A stretch of DNA of 64,000 bases from Candidatus Poribacteria bacterium. GTDB lineage: Bacteria > Poribacteria > WGA-4E > JAJDTR01. Numbering within the stretch: the first letter of the stretch is position 1; every line of letters begins with the position of its first letter. The stretch spans positions 384,001 to 448,000 of the forward strand of contig CBDCTK010000002.1 of assembly GCA_965222225.1 (NCBI GenBank), written 5' to 3'. Below are positions 30,280-39,567 of this stretch, piece by piece. Under the pieces are notes generated by a model, which saw only the letters and a list, made by a program, of their open reading frames with translations, ran no database searches and had not been told where the DNA came from. Position numbers and translations under genes: made by a program.

Positions 30280-31455
30280 ATGATGCGTGTTGGCGTTGGA
30301 CAGAGTCAAAGAACCGCTTTGGCAGATGCCCTTGAAGATGCCGTAACGATAGCAATGGGTAACGCGCAGCTGGCAAAAGCAGACTTGGCGGTTGTGTTCG
30401 CAACAGTGGATTATCAGGCAGACTATGGGCAACTTTTTCGTACGATTCATGAGGTTTCGGGGTGCGACCATCTTGTCGGTTGCAGTGGAATGAGTGTGCT
30501 CACTTCGGCGGGAGAGATTGAAGGTGAGCCTGCCGTTGCTGTCCTTGTCCTACGTTCAGACGATGTTTCGGCAATGCCCTTCTTGGTTTCATCAGATGAT
30601 TCCTCAATGATTGGAGCAGCGATACGTGAGCGCATCTCGCCCAAGCTTAACGAAAACTCGCTCCTAGTTGTGTTACCGGATGTACGTTGCATCAGCCCCG
30701 AAGCGCTTGTGCACCAAATCGGCGAGGATGGGAGCAGGCTTCCAATAGTGGGAGCAGCAGCTTCGGGCAGCCCGGACGGACAGTACATTTATGAGTGGCT
30801 TGATGGGGAGGTTGTGGAGGCGGGTGTCGCAGGGATGCTACTGACGGGTGCAATCCACACTGAAATAGGTGTGGCGCAGGGATGTCAACCAATTGGGCGC
30901 TCTCTCGAAATCACCCGTGCAGAAGGAAACGTGATTTACAAAGTCAATGGCGGGCCCGCGCTTGATGGTCTGCAGGGAGCACTTGAATCTCTGTCGACGG
31001 AAGTTCTTCGACAATCGGGACGTGTTGTGTTCATAGGCATTGCAATGGAAAAAGAAAATCCGGCGCCTCAACGTGGAGATTTTCTCGTTCGCAATGTAGT
31101 CGGCTATGACAAGGAAAGTGGAGCAATCGCTGTATCTGAAAGCGTATCGGAAGGCCAGCTTATACAATTTCATTTGCGAAATTCATCTTCCGCAGATAAA
31201 GAGATTCAAGAGATTGTCCTCGATCTGCATAAGCGAACACGCGAACAACCACCAGCCTTCGGAATGTATTTCAACTGCTTGGGGAGAGGAAAGGGATTGT
31301 ACGGGGAGGCGAATCACGATATCCGGATTATCAAGCAGAGATTTCCGGATCTTCCAGTTATCGGTTTCTTCGGTAATGCAGAATTTGCTCCAATCGGTGG
31401 TCGGAATTTTGCTCACGCCTATACCGGTGCACTTGTGCTCTGCTCCGAAGGGTGA
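30280..31455 (+). CDS. Standalone FIST_N/FIST_C domain protein (NosP-like)
   Basis: VGCSG, PIVGAAAS, QGCQPIG, FLVRNVVG, FNCLGRG, GFFGNAEF.P. Confidence 0.85.
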   Translation: MMRVGVGQSQRTALADALEDAVTIAMGNAQLAKADLAVVFATVDYQADYGQLFRTIHEVSGCDHLVGCSGMSVLTSAGEIEGEPAVAVLVLRSDDVSAMPFLVSSDDSSMIGAAIRERISPKLNENSLLVVLPDVRCISPEALVHQIGEDGSRLPIVGAAASGSPDGQYIYEWLDGEVVEAGVAGMLLTGAIHTEIGVAQGCQPIGRSLEITRAEGNVIYKVNGGPALDGLQGALESLSTEVLRQSGRVVFIGIAMEKENPAPQRGDFLVRNVVGYDKESGAIAVSESVSEGQLIQFHLRNSSSADKEIQEIVLDLHKRTREQPPAFGMYFNCLGRGKGLYGEANHDIRIIKQRFPDLPVIGFFGNAEFAPIGGRNFAHAYTGALVLCSEG

Positions 31456-31496
31456 TGTTACGTAGGTGAATTCGCTCTCCGCCGTTTTGAATTAAA

Positions 31497-32540
31497 TAGG
31501 AGTTACGCAGTTGGCTGAAGCGTATAAAGAGGTTGTGCCAAATAAGCCCGTACCGCATCTCTGACAATAGAGAGTTTTGCATCAAACCAACTGATACCGG
31601 TATGATAGCAATAGTGCTCAATTCTCAGAAAGGCTCTCAGCGCTAAACCGATATGATTTCTTTGAGTGCGAGCAGAGCGCACTTGTGCGCGTTCAATGCC
31701 AACAAATTGCTTAATCCCGCGATGATATTCTTCTATTGTCCAAGACCATTCGGCATATTTGAGACGCGTCAATTCGTCCATCTGTAAATCATTCGTTGCC
31801 CAATATTCAATGTCACCTTCTGGAGTGTCAACCTTAAATACTCGAATCAATCCATAGCCTTTGAGATGGACAATTGTACCTGTTGATTCACTCGGAAGCG
31901 TACTCACCGGACGGTTACCGGAATAATCTTTACTGACAAGTCGGTTGGCAGCTAGACGAGTAAGCCACTTCCAACCATGACCTCGCACCGCTTTTAGATT
32001 CTTTAGACTGGCATACCAACTATCAAAACACACACATTCAGGAGCAAAACCGCGTGTTTTCGCTTCTTCAAGCATGGCGCGGAAATGCTCATTCTTCGTC
32101 AAGCCGTCTTTGGCTTTATCATAGATTCGATAATCACACGGAATATGTCTATCGCCATCCGTCCAGAGCAAAGTGACCAAGTTAATCCCATTCACAACTC
32201 GGTGGTGTTTCCCTGACCAGTGTTTTGTCACGAGTTCAATCTTTTGTGAATAAGGTTTATCCAGAGTCGAGTCATCTATAACTAAAATTCCGGATTCTAA
32301 TTTCACCTGATTTCTCGATTCTTGCCACAGTTTGCCAGTATCGGGTTCCTCTCGATGCAAGAGCCGTGTTATCGAATCGTGAGCCGGAGGATTATCAGCT
32401 TGGGGTTGAACTTTTTCCGATTCAAGACAACTGTAACTTTTCTGAGCGGCTACCAAGAAATCAATATAGTCAGTGTCAGTATATTTAGGGGGATTCATAC
32501 TCAAATTATAACCTATTTTCACTCAACTGCGTAACTCCTA
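31497..32540 (-). mobile_element. Complete IS701-family insertion sequence (1044 bp)
   Basis: Perfect 17-bp TIRs TAGGAGTTACGCAGTTG (31497-31513 / 32524-32540); flanking 5-bp direct repeat TTAAA (31492-96, 32541-45). Confidence 0.9.
31503..32498 (-). CDS. IS701-family DDE transposase
   Basis: LVIDDSTLDKPY, WSGKH, FDSWY, W.IEEYHRGIKQ; stop codon lies inside the TIR. Confidence 0.92.
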   Translation of the reverse strand: MNPPKYTDTDYIDFLVAAQKSYSCLESEKVQPQADNPPAHDSITRLLHREEPDTGKLWQESRNQVKLESGILVIDDSTLDKPYSQKIELVTKHWSGKHHRVVNGINLVTLLWTDGDRHIPCDYRIYDKAKDGLTKNEHFRAMLEEAKTRGFAPECVCFDSWYASLKNLKAVRGHGWKWLTRLAANRLVSKDYSGNRPVSTLPSESTGTIVHLKGYGLIRVFKVDTPEGDIEYWATNDLQMDELTRLKYAEWSWTIEEYHRGIKQFVGIERAQVRSARTQRNHIGLALRAFLRIEHYCYHTGISWFDAKLSIVRDAVRAYLAQPLYTLQPTA

Positions 32541-32593
32541 TTAAAGACAATCCAGACCGTATCATTTACCACGGCGTAATAGAGAAAACACAC

Positions 32594-33742
32594 ATGAACA
32601 GTGGTAGGAAGATTCACGTTGTGGTCGTTGGCGCCGGCATTATTGGGGCCTCAATCGCTTATTTCCTATCGCGTCGCAACAATGTTAATGTAACAGTATT
32701 AGAGAAATCCGTACCCGGATTGGGTGCATCGGGGCATTCCTTCGCTTGGCTGAATTCCTTTGAAAAGGATCCGGTAGGTTATCACAATCTGAATTGTCGA
32801 TCCATGGATGCCTGGCATCGGTTTACCCAAGGACTCGACCGAGACATCGGGTTCCACTGCGGCGGACAACTCCGATGGGAAAACACCGACGAAGGAGCGA
32901 GGGCATTACGCGAACGTGTCAAACAGTTGCAGGTATGGGGATATGCCTGTCGGATTATCACAGCGACTGAAATGCGCCAACTTGAACCAGGGTTGTTACC
33001 CGGGACCGTGAAGGCGGCATCTTTGTCACAAGCCGATGGCTGCGTCGAGCCGCTCAAAGTAATTGAAGCATGTTTAGAGAAAGCGCGCGAGCATGGAGCC
33101 GTCGTGCAAATGCAAGCCCCTGTAACCGGCATCTCTGTCGGAAATGGTTCAAACACATCGCGACATGTCAAGGCACTAAGAACACTGCGTGATGAAGTTG
33201 GTTGTGACATTGCGGTGTTGACTGGCGGCGTTCACACGACGCAGCTTGCCGCTATGGCTGGAGTGCATATCCCTCAACAGGAAAGCCCGGGTGTTGTTGT
33301 TCGGACCACTCCCTGTCCACCCCTGCTGAGCAGCGTATCCGTTATCCATGCCCCTAGGATTGGCATTGGTCGGTTGGATGTGCACTTCCGACAAGCATCT
33401 GACGGTACACTGATGATTGGTCAGGGCACTCAAGAGAGCCTGAATCGCGACGATTCACAGGAACACGCCGATGAACTGCTAGCCCGAGCGAAACATTACT
33501 TGCCATCAATTGCCGATGCATCCGCGGTTCCCGTGCCTGTTGGTTATCGTCCAATGCCGATTGACGGTTTCCCGGTGCTAGGATTCGTACCATCCGTACC
33601 CAATCTCTATATTGCGCTCATGCACAGCGGCGTCACGTTGGCTCCACTGGTAGGTGAGTTGGCAACTCTTGAGATTGCTGATGGCGTGCGTGTTGAGATG
33701 CTAAACCCTTACCGACCTAGGCGGTTTGGACAGAATTGTTAG
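32594..33742 (+). CDS. FAD-dependent oxidoreductase (DAO / glycine-sarcosine oxidase family)
   Basis: VVGAGIIG, GASGHSFAWLN, GYRPMP.DG.P..G, HSGVTLAP. Confidence 0.85.
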   Translation: MNSGRKIHVVVVGAGIIGASIAYFLSRRNNVNVTVLEKSVPGLGASGHSFAWLNSFEKDPVGYHNLNCRSMDAWHRFTQGLDRDIGFHCGGQLRWENTDEGARALRERVKQLQVWGYACRIITATEMRQLEPGLLPGTVKAASLSQADGCVEPLKVIEACLEKAREHGAVVQMQAPVTGISVGNGSNTSRHVKALRTLRDEVGCDIAVLTGGVHTTQLAAMAGVHIPQQESPGVVVRTTPCPPLLSSVSVIHAPRIGIGRLDVHFRQASDGTLMIGQGTQESLNRDDSQEHADELLARAKHYLPSIADASAVPVPVGYRPMPIDGFPVLGFVPSVPNLYIALMHSGVTLAPLVGELATLEIADGVRVEMLNPYRPRRFGQNC

Positions 33743-33813
33743 AAACTTGATTGCTCATGAGTTTTGGTACAATTGTTTCCTGATGCAGTTGAACAGGATG
33801 AGCGTGTTTCATC

Positions 33814-34311
33814 ATGAAAATTGGATACGCGGTTTATGAAAGTTACATCTAGACCTTTTGCAACCGCCTGAAATCATCTTTCGGCAATGAAAAGATTCTC
33901 TCAATGACGCTTTTCGGATCCGTGGCGAGAGGGCAAGCCCGATTGGACAGTGATATTGACCTCTTGGTAGTCCACAAAAAAGTGGATTTCAACCCGGTAC
34001 ACCGGTCTGTCGATATTGCTCTTGCGTTACGAGAGGAAAACGAGTATAAGCGCCTCATAGAGCAAGGGCTGGATCCGCAGCCTTCATGCATCTTTATGAC
34101 CGAGGGCGAACTTTGGGATAGACCACATATCTTACTCGACATTCTTGTCGAAGGCATCCTTCTCTATGACGTAGGCATATTGGAATCTCGCCTCGAAGCA
34201 CTGAGAGAGCGACTCAATGCCTTGGGGTCGAAGCGAATTGGGTTGCCGGACGGCACATGGTATTGGGATTTGAAACCGGATTGGAAGCCGGGGGAGATAA
34301 TTGAGCTATGA
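33814..34311 (+). pseudogene. Minimal nucleotidyltransferase (MNT) antitoxin with in-frame TAG at codon 13
   Basis: ATG 33814 is in frame with LFGSVARG...SDIDLLVV; TAG at 33850-33852 breaks the N-terminal helix. Confidence 0.7.
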
Positions 34312-34734
34312 ACAATACCGACCTAAATGGCAGGTTAGTCCTAGAGGCCCAGATGATTTTGGAGGAGGCAAAACGTGCGTTCGACAGCCCAGCTTGGAAT
34401 CTCGTGGTAAGGAGAGCGCAGGAGGTGGTTGAATTATCACTGGAAGGGCTATTAAAGCTCATGGGCGTCGAATTTCCGAAAACGCACGATGTTGGCGACA
34501 CCTTCGCAAAAATCTGCACAGAGAAGAGAATTGAGATTGAAGGTGAGAAACTAGCGGAGATACAACAAATTACACAGCAGTTGGCACGAGATCGTGCACC
34601 GGCGTTTTATATAGAGACGGAATAGCCGCGAGAACAGGGCTAGCCAAGCCTTGCGGTCCGCCGAGACGGTGTTAACCGAAGCCCAAGAACTGACTCAGAG
34701 ACTCTTGGTAGCTAGGCTACCGTTTTTCGCTTGA
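34308..34734 (+). pseudogene. HEPN-domain protein with premature TAG and a frameshift in the last helix
   Basis: AQEVVELSLEG, PKTHDV, RAPAFY; after TAG at 34623-25 reads PREQ then, shifted, ASQALRSAETVLTEA; 4-bp overlap with MNT. Confidence 0.7.
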
Positions 34735-34761
34735 ATCGCAGTCCATACGGTGTTTTTCAAT

Positions 34762-34923
34762 TATACTATTATGACACACCCAATCGAATTGTTGCCCTTC
34801 ACACCAAACCGTGTAGGCAGGGATCGAACGAGTGGACAACGAGGACGATAGAGATCTCCTTGCCCCGCCTTGGAAGGCTTGATTGACGCTATTAATGCAC
34901 TGCGAATATAGAGAAATGGTATA
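34762..34923. mobile_element. MITE-like element type II (TATACTATT...AATGGTATA) containing GTAGGCAGGG...CCCCGCCT REP-like unit at 34813-34870
   Basis: Imperfect terminal inverted repeats; homology to 20866-21105. Confidence 0.6.
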
Positions 34924-34965
34924 ACTAACAATCTTTCTGGAATTGATTCAAGGAGTACACGATTT

Positions 34966-35985
34966 GTGAAAGCGGCAGTATTTGAGCAGGCAGGTAAACT
35001 AAGTATACAGGACAAACCTATACCGAGTCTTGTCTCGGGTGACGTCCTTATCAAAGTTGATTTGTGCGGTGTCTGTGCCTCTGATCTTGCCGCCCTCAAC
35101 GGAGACGTTACAGATTACTCGCCACCTGTTGTAATGGGTCATGAACTTGCTGGCGTTGTTGTCGATAGCCGGCGTTCTGACGTGAAAGTGGGCGAGAAAG
35201 TTACCGTCAACCCAATGCTCTCGTGCGGGACCTGCGAATACTGTCGGGCTGACCTAGACAAATATTGCGAAAAGATTGAAGGAATTGGCCACGATATTGA
35301 TGGAGGATACGCTGAATACATCCGCATGCCGAAACACGGGATTGACACCGGAAAACTCATTTCTGTCCCGGACTCAATCCCTGCCGAAGAGCTTCTTTTT
35401 CTTGAGCCGTTAGGCTGTTGTCTCAATGCGATGCGCGAGACCATTTTCGATAAGAGTGTGGCAATCTTGGGCGCGGGTCCCATCGGACTTCTTTTTGCGC
35501 AACTGACCCAAAAAAGCGGCTTCCAAACATATATGTTGGAGCCACTTGCCCATCGCCGCGAAGTCGCAGAAAGAGTTGGGGTTGAAGCAGCTATTGACAT
35601 TACCGGAGAGCACCTTGCCGCGCTCATTGAGACCACCAGTGGCGGCGTAGATACAGTAATATCGGCGACGACCAACAATCAACGGGCTATTGACCTCGCG
35701 TTCAAAGTTGCCCGGCGTGGAGGCTGCATTAACTTCTTCGGACTTGCCCCCGCCGGACAAGAAATTCGGGTCAATCTTGAGCATTTTCACTACATGGGCC
35801 ATAAGTTGATGGCGTCGTGGGCGTTCTCGCGCTGGAGTCTGAACGAGTCTCGCCGGGTGCTCATCGAAAAGGAACTTGATTTTGCGCCACTGCTAACCCA
35901 CCGGTATCCCATTGAACAAGCAGTAGGAGCGTTTGAAAACGCACGAAAACAACGAGGCGTGAAAAGTGTTCTTGTTGGCGAATGA
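34966..35985 (+). CDS. Zn-dependent medium-chain dehydrogenase (polyol/threonine dehydrogenase-like)
   Basis: CGVCASD, GHE, CGTCEYC...C, EPLGC, GAGPIG; AAGGAG RBS with GTG start. Confidence 0.9.
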   Translation: MKAAVFEQAGKLSIQDKPIPSLVSGDVLIKVDLCGVCASDLAALNGDVTDYSPPVVMGHELAGVVVDSRRSDVKVGEKVTVNPMLSCGTCEYCRADLDKYCEKIEGIGHDIDGGYAEYIRMPKHGIDTGKLISVPDSIPAEELLFLEPLGCCLNAMRETIFDKSVAILGAGPIGLLFAQLTQKSGFQTYMLEPLAHRREVAERVGVEAAIDITGEHLAALIETTSGGVDTVISATTNNQRAIDLAFKVARRGGCINFFGLAPAGQEIRVNLEHFHYMGHKLMASWAFSRWSLNESRRVLIEKELDFAPLLTHRYPIEQAVGAFENARKQRGVKSVLVGE

Positions 35986-36082
35986 ACTGCCCGAAATCGG
36001 ACAATTCCGAGGACGCGATTGGACGCATTGGTTCATTTTCAAGCAGAAAAGGGAAATCACGACGTAAAATAACTGGCACTGA

Positions 36083-36286
36083 AAGTGCATTCAATACACT
36101 TGTACGAATAACGAGAATCTCCTAGACGGATTGTTCGATCTGCTGAAGCATGCCAAGGATGAACATCTGCTGTATGAAGGACGAACTTATGGCGGAGGAC
36201 TCAACAAAATTGAACCCAAGGAACTAGCACGAGTGCCATTGCCTAACCATCCACGACTTGAACAGATTGATGCTATAGTCATTTAG
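36083..36286 (+). pseudogene. C-terminal remnant of an N6-adenine DNA methyltransferase (Eco57I/TaqI-like)
   Basis: Start-less frame encoding EGRTYGGGLNKIEPKELARVPLP; runs into the MITE at 36274. Confidence 0.55.
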
Positions 36287-36483
36287 ACTCATATTTACAC
36301 ATACTTGTTGGTGATTTGATGATTGAAAGTTATTACGAAAGATTTATTGTAGGAGCGATCTCCCGATCGCGACCTCCTGTCGCGCGCAAAGCTCGGTCTG
36401 ACAGAAGTCGCGTAATGAATTGCGCTACTACGAACCGAACCAAGTCGATTCCACATGTGTAATCCTTAATTGCAATGACTATA
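36274..36483 (+). mobile_element. MITE-like element type I, copy B (210 bp)
   Basis: TATAGTCATT...AATGACTATA ends; colinear with 40546-40753; internal GTAGGAGCGATCTCCCGATCGCGAC hairpin. Confidence 0.85.
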
Positions 36484-36517
36484 CATCCAAACAACTTATT
36501 CTTTTTGAGCGTCATTC

Positions 36518-37441
36518 TTGATGAAAACCTTAAAAGCCTACCTTGAACTCATCCGATATCCTCTCTTTGCCATCCCGATTGTCGCCACGCTGCCGGGAAC
36601 TTTAATTGCGTCCGAAGGGCGAATAAACTGGCGTGTGGGGGTTACACTATTCACAGCCCTGCTTGGATACTTCGCGGGGATGATGAAGAATGATTATTTT
36701 CACCGGGGACAAGATGCCGTCGTCAATCCACACCGCCCACTTCCGTCACACCGACTCACGCCTCGACAGGCGTTGATCACGGCAAGCGCCACCTACATCC
36801 TCTGCGTTATTCTAGGGTTTGTGCTCCACATCAAAGCCGGGCTACTCGTGATTACCCTTGTGATGATTTCCCACTGTTATAACGCCATTTTCAAGGAGCG
36901 AGGAGTGTGGGGGAGCATCAGTTTACCGGTTGGCATTGGGCTGCTAAACGTATTTGGCGCTCTAGCCGTTAGCGGCGGAGTGCCGCGTTTGGTCTGGTAC
37001 GCGTTTGCCGCGACAACGCTGTACGATTGCGGCACGCATATTACGACAACTTTCAAGGACATTGAGCGTGATAAGCGGATCGGGATAACTACCACGCCCG
37101 TACAATTGGGTATCAAACCCGCCCTTACAATTTCCGCGATCGCAACAGTCTCCGCCTTCGTTGTTGCGGCTTTGCCACACTTGCTGGAAGGTGTCAGTTG
37201 GCACTACACTCTATGGATCCTCTGTGCGTTGATTGCCACGGGTATTACCCGACTGCCGCTCTATCTGGATGCAAACGAGAAGAACGGATATCGCGCATTG
37301 AAGGGTTCCATGATTGGCGCCATCACATTTTTTCCCTGTTTAATCGGAGTTCAATTCTCGATATGGCAATCCGCGCTAATCATTGTACCGCTCCTCTTGA
37401 TAACCCTGGTTCTGTTGCAGATTACAAAGCGGGAAGTTTAA
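36518..37441 (+). CDS. UbiA-superfamily prenyltransferase with atypical Asp motifs
   Basis: NDYFH...D..N.HRPLPS and FKDIERD...GITTTP motifs; about 8 TM segments. Confidence 0.8.
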   Translation: MMKTLKAYLELIRYPLFAIPIVATLPGTLIASEGRINWRVGVTLFTALLGYFAGMMKNDYFHRGQDAVVNPHRPLPSHRLTPRQALITASATYILCVILGFVLHIKAGLLVITLVMISHCYNAIFKERGVWGSISLPVGIGLLNVFGALAVSGGVPRLVWYAFAATTLYDCGTHITTTFKDIERDKRIGITTTPVQLGIKPALTISAIATVSAFVVAALPHLLEGVSWHYTLWILCALIATGITRLPLYLDANEKNGYRALKGSMIGAITFFPCLIGVQFSIWQSALIIVPLLLITLVLLQITKREV

Positions 37442-37609
37442 GCTGTCTTTGTGTCTCTTAAAATTGCTATACTCTACGTAGACATGGATATTGGTTACGA
37501 TGCGACAACTGTGGAAGTAGGATAAAAAGAGCAAGCAATTTTCTTCGACATAAGGTCTTGCAACCCACCAGCCAAATGGAAACACACGGCACGAATATCG
37601 GAATATGAA

Positions 37610-38638
37610 ATGCAGCATATACTGTTTGCATTATTCTCGGCTATTCTGTTTGGTGCATCTACGCCGATAGGGAAGATACTGCTTAACAGTCTTCCGCCTT
37701 TCCAACTCGCGGGATTGTTGTATATTGGTGCAGCAGTTGGCGTTCTTCCTTTCGCGGTACGACAGAGAACCACTAAGAAAATCCATCGGATTGGGAAACG
37801 CAATTTACTTCGCCTAGTCGGAGCAATCTCTTTTGGTGGCATCGCGGGGCCCGTGTTGCTCCTGTTCGGATTGCAGAAAGCGCCCGCTGCCTCCGTCGCC
37901 ATGTGGTTAAACATGGAACTAGCCGCTACCGCCATACTAGGATGTCTACTGTTTCGAGAATATCTGGGTGGCTATGGGTGGCTAGGAGTTATTGGCACGA
38001 TTGGGGCATCGGTAATGTTATCATGGCACGAGGGGACTATCGGTTTTTTTGCGATGCTACTCGTGGCTGCAGCTAGCATCTGCTGGGGATTAGACAATCA
38101 TCTGACCGCTTTAATTGACGGGATTACTCCGACTCAGAGCACATTTTGGAAAGGGGCGATTGCGGGCACAACGAATCTGATTATAAGCATTTTACTAGAA
38201 CTCCAAGGAAAAGCGATGTGGGTTCTGGCATCAGCCGTAATTGTGGGAATATTCTCTTACGGTTTCAGTATTAGTCTTTACATCTTGGCGGCGCAAAATC
38301 TTGGCGCAACCCGGAGTCAAATGATCTTCGCTAGCGCACCGTTCTGTGGCGTAGCTTTATCCGTTGTTCTAGTGGGGGAGACCATTTCAGTCATTCAAGC
38401 TATGGCTGCTGTGATTTTGGTCATTTCCCTCACTGTCTTGTTGCGAGACCAACATACCCATTCGCATACGCATGAACCCCTGCACCATAAACATAGACAC
38501 AGACATGATGATGGCCACCATGACCATGTCCACACTGACGGTGAAGGGGCAGTTTATCACAGTCAATGGCACACACATGAACCAATAACCCATGCACATC
38601 CCCATTGGCCGGATATTCACCATCGGCATCGGCATTAG
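37610..38638 (+). CDS. DMT/EamA transporter with His-rich C-terminal tail
   Basis: About 10 TM segments, WGLDN, GATR motifs; terminal HTHSHTHEPLHHKHRH...HWPDIHHRHRH. Confidence 0.85.
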   Translation: MQHILFALFSAILFGASTPIGKILLNSLPPFQLAGLLYIGAAVGVLPFAVRQRTTKKIHRIGKRNLLRLVGAISFGGIAGPVLLLFGLQKAPAASVAMWLNMELAATAILGCLLFREYLGGYGWLGVIGTIGASVMLSWHEGTIGFFAMLLVAAASICWGLDNHLTALIDGITPTQSTFWKGAIAGTTNLIISILLELQGKAMWVLASAVIVGIFSYGFSISLYILAAQNLGATRSQMIFASAPFCGVALSVVLVGETISVIQAMAAVILVISLTVLLRDQHTHSHTHEPLHHKHRHRHDDGHHDHVHTDGEGAVYHSQWHTHEPITHAHPHWPDIHHRHRH

Positions 38639-38737
38639 TCCACATACCGAGAGGGATTGATGTATATGTGGTTGGTTCTGTGGAGGTCCAACGCAACACC
38701 TAATAATGACTATAGATTGGAAGTGGTGTACCCATGA

Positions 38738-39514
38738 ATGCACACTATGAACATGACAACCGTACTCGGAAGGCTTGGTGTTGATAAACACACACTGAGT
38801 GTAGATGAGAAAAGAGCGCTAGACGAAGACGGATTTTTGCGTCTTGAGAACCTGATGACATCGGAGGAAGTCGAGGCATTTGTCCGCCGCCTTGACGAAC
38901 TTGCGAAAATTGAGGGCGACGATGCCGGAAAGGAGGTACATCAAGAGCAAGGCACAATTCGTTTGAGCAACTTGATTGACAAAGATCCGATTTTTGAGAA
39001 ATGTGTAATATCGCCACGGCTTTTGGCGGCGATTCGGCATGTTCTTGGCGATGAGTTTAAGAGCTCCTCGTTGAACAGTCGTGCCGCATTGCCCGGATAT
39101 GGACGACAGGGGTTGCACGCCGATTGGGGCGGAGCCGTGATACCGGGTGACTATTTTGTATGTAACTCTATTTGGTTACTTTCCGATTTTACACGTCAAA
39201 ACGGAGCCACTCGCGTTGTACCCGGATCGCATCGCTGCGGTAAAACCGTGACAGATGTGATGTCCGATACAAATTCGGACCACCCGAATCAGGTTCAACT
39301 CATTGGAGAGGCTGGCACCGTTGTCGTATTTAACTCGCACCTCTGGCACGGCGGCATGGAGAACGAAACAGATGTTCCAAGGCGAGCGATGCATTCCTAC
39401 TTCTGTCGCCGCGATCAGCGTCAACAACTGAATCAGCGCAAGTGGCTGCGAAAGGAAACAATTGCTAGATTATCCTTGGAAAGCCGGGTTATACTGGATG
39501 TGGACGAGCCCTAA
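38738..39514 (+). CDS. Phytanoyl-CoA dioxygenase (PhyH) family Fe(II)/2OG oxygenase
   Basis: LHADW, NGATRVVPGSH, HLWHGG, R motif. Confidence 0.88.
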   Translation: MHTMNMTTVLGRLGVDKHTLSVDEKRALDEDGFLRLENLMTSEEVEAFVRRLDELAKIEGDDAGKEVHQEQGTIRLSNLIDKDPIFEKCVISPRLLAAIRHVLGDEFKSSSLNSRAALPGYGRQGLHADWGGAVIPGDYFVCNSIWLLSDFTRQNGATRVVPGSHRCGKTVTDVMSDTNSDHPNQVQLIGEAGTVVVFNSHLWHGGMENETDVPRRAMHSYFCRRDQRQQLNQRKWLRKETIARLSLESRVILDVDEP

Positions 39515-39567
39515 CAAGGAAGTAATACAGTGATGTCTCTAAACTAAATAGGAGAGGGTACGAACCA

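Noticed and set aside
33850-34625. Amber (TAG) readthrough or pyrrolysine recoding suggested by in-frame TAGs in MNT and HEPN
   Set aside because: HEPN also has a frameshift, and conserved genes (purC, dapL, sigma factor, senA) end at TAG at normal lengths, so decay is the simpler explanation
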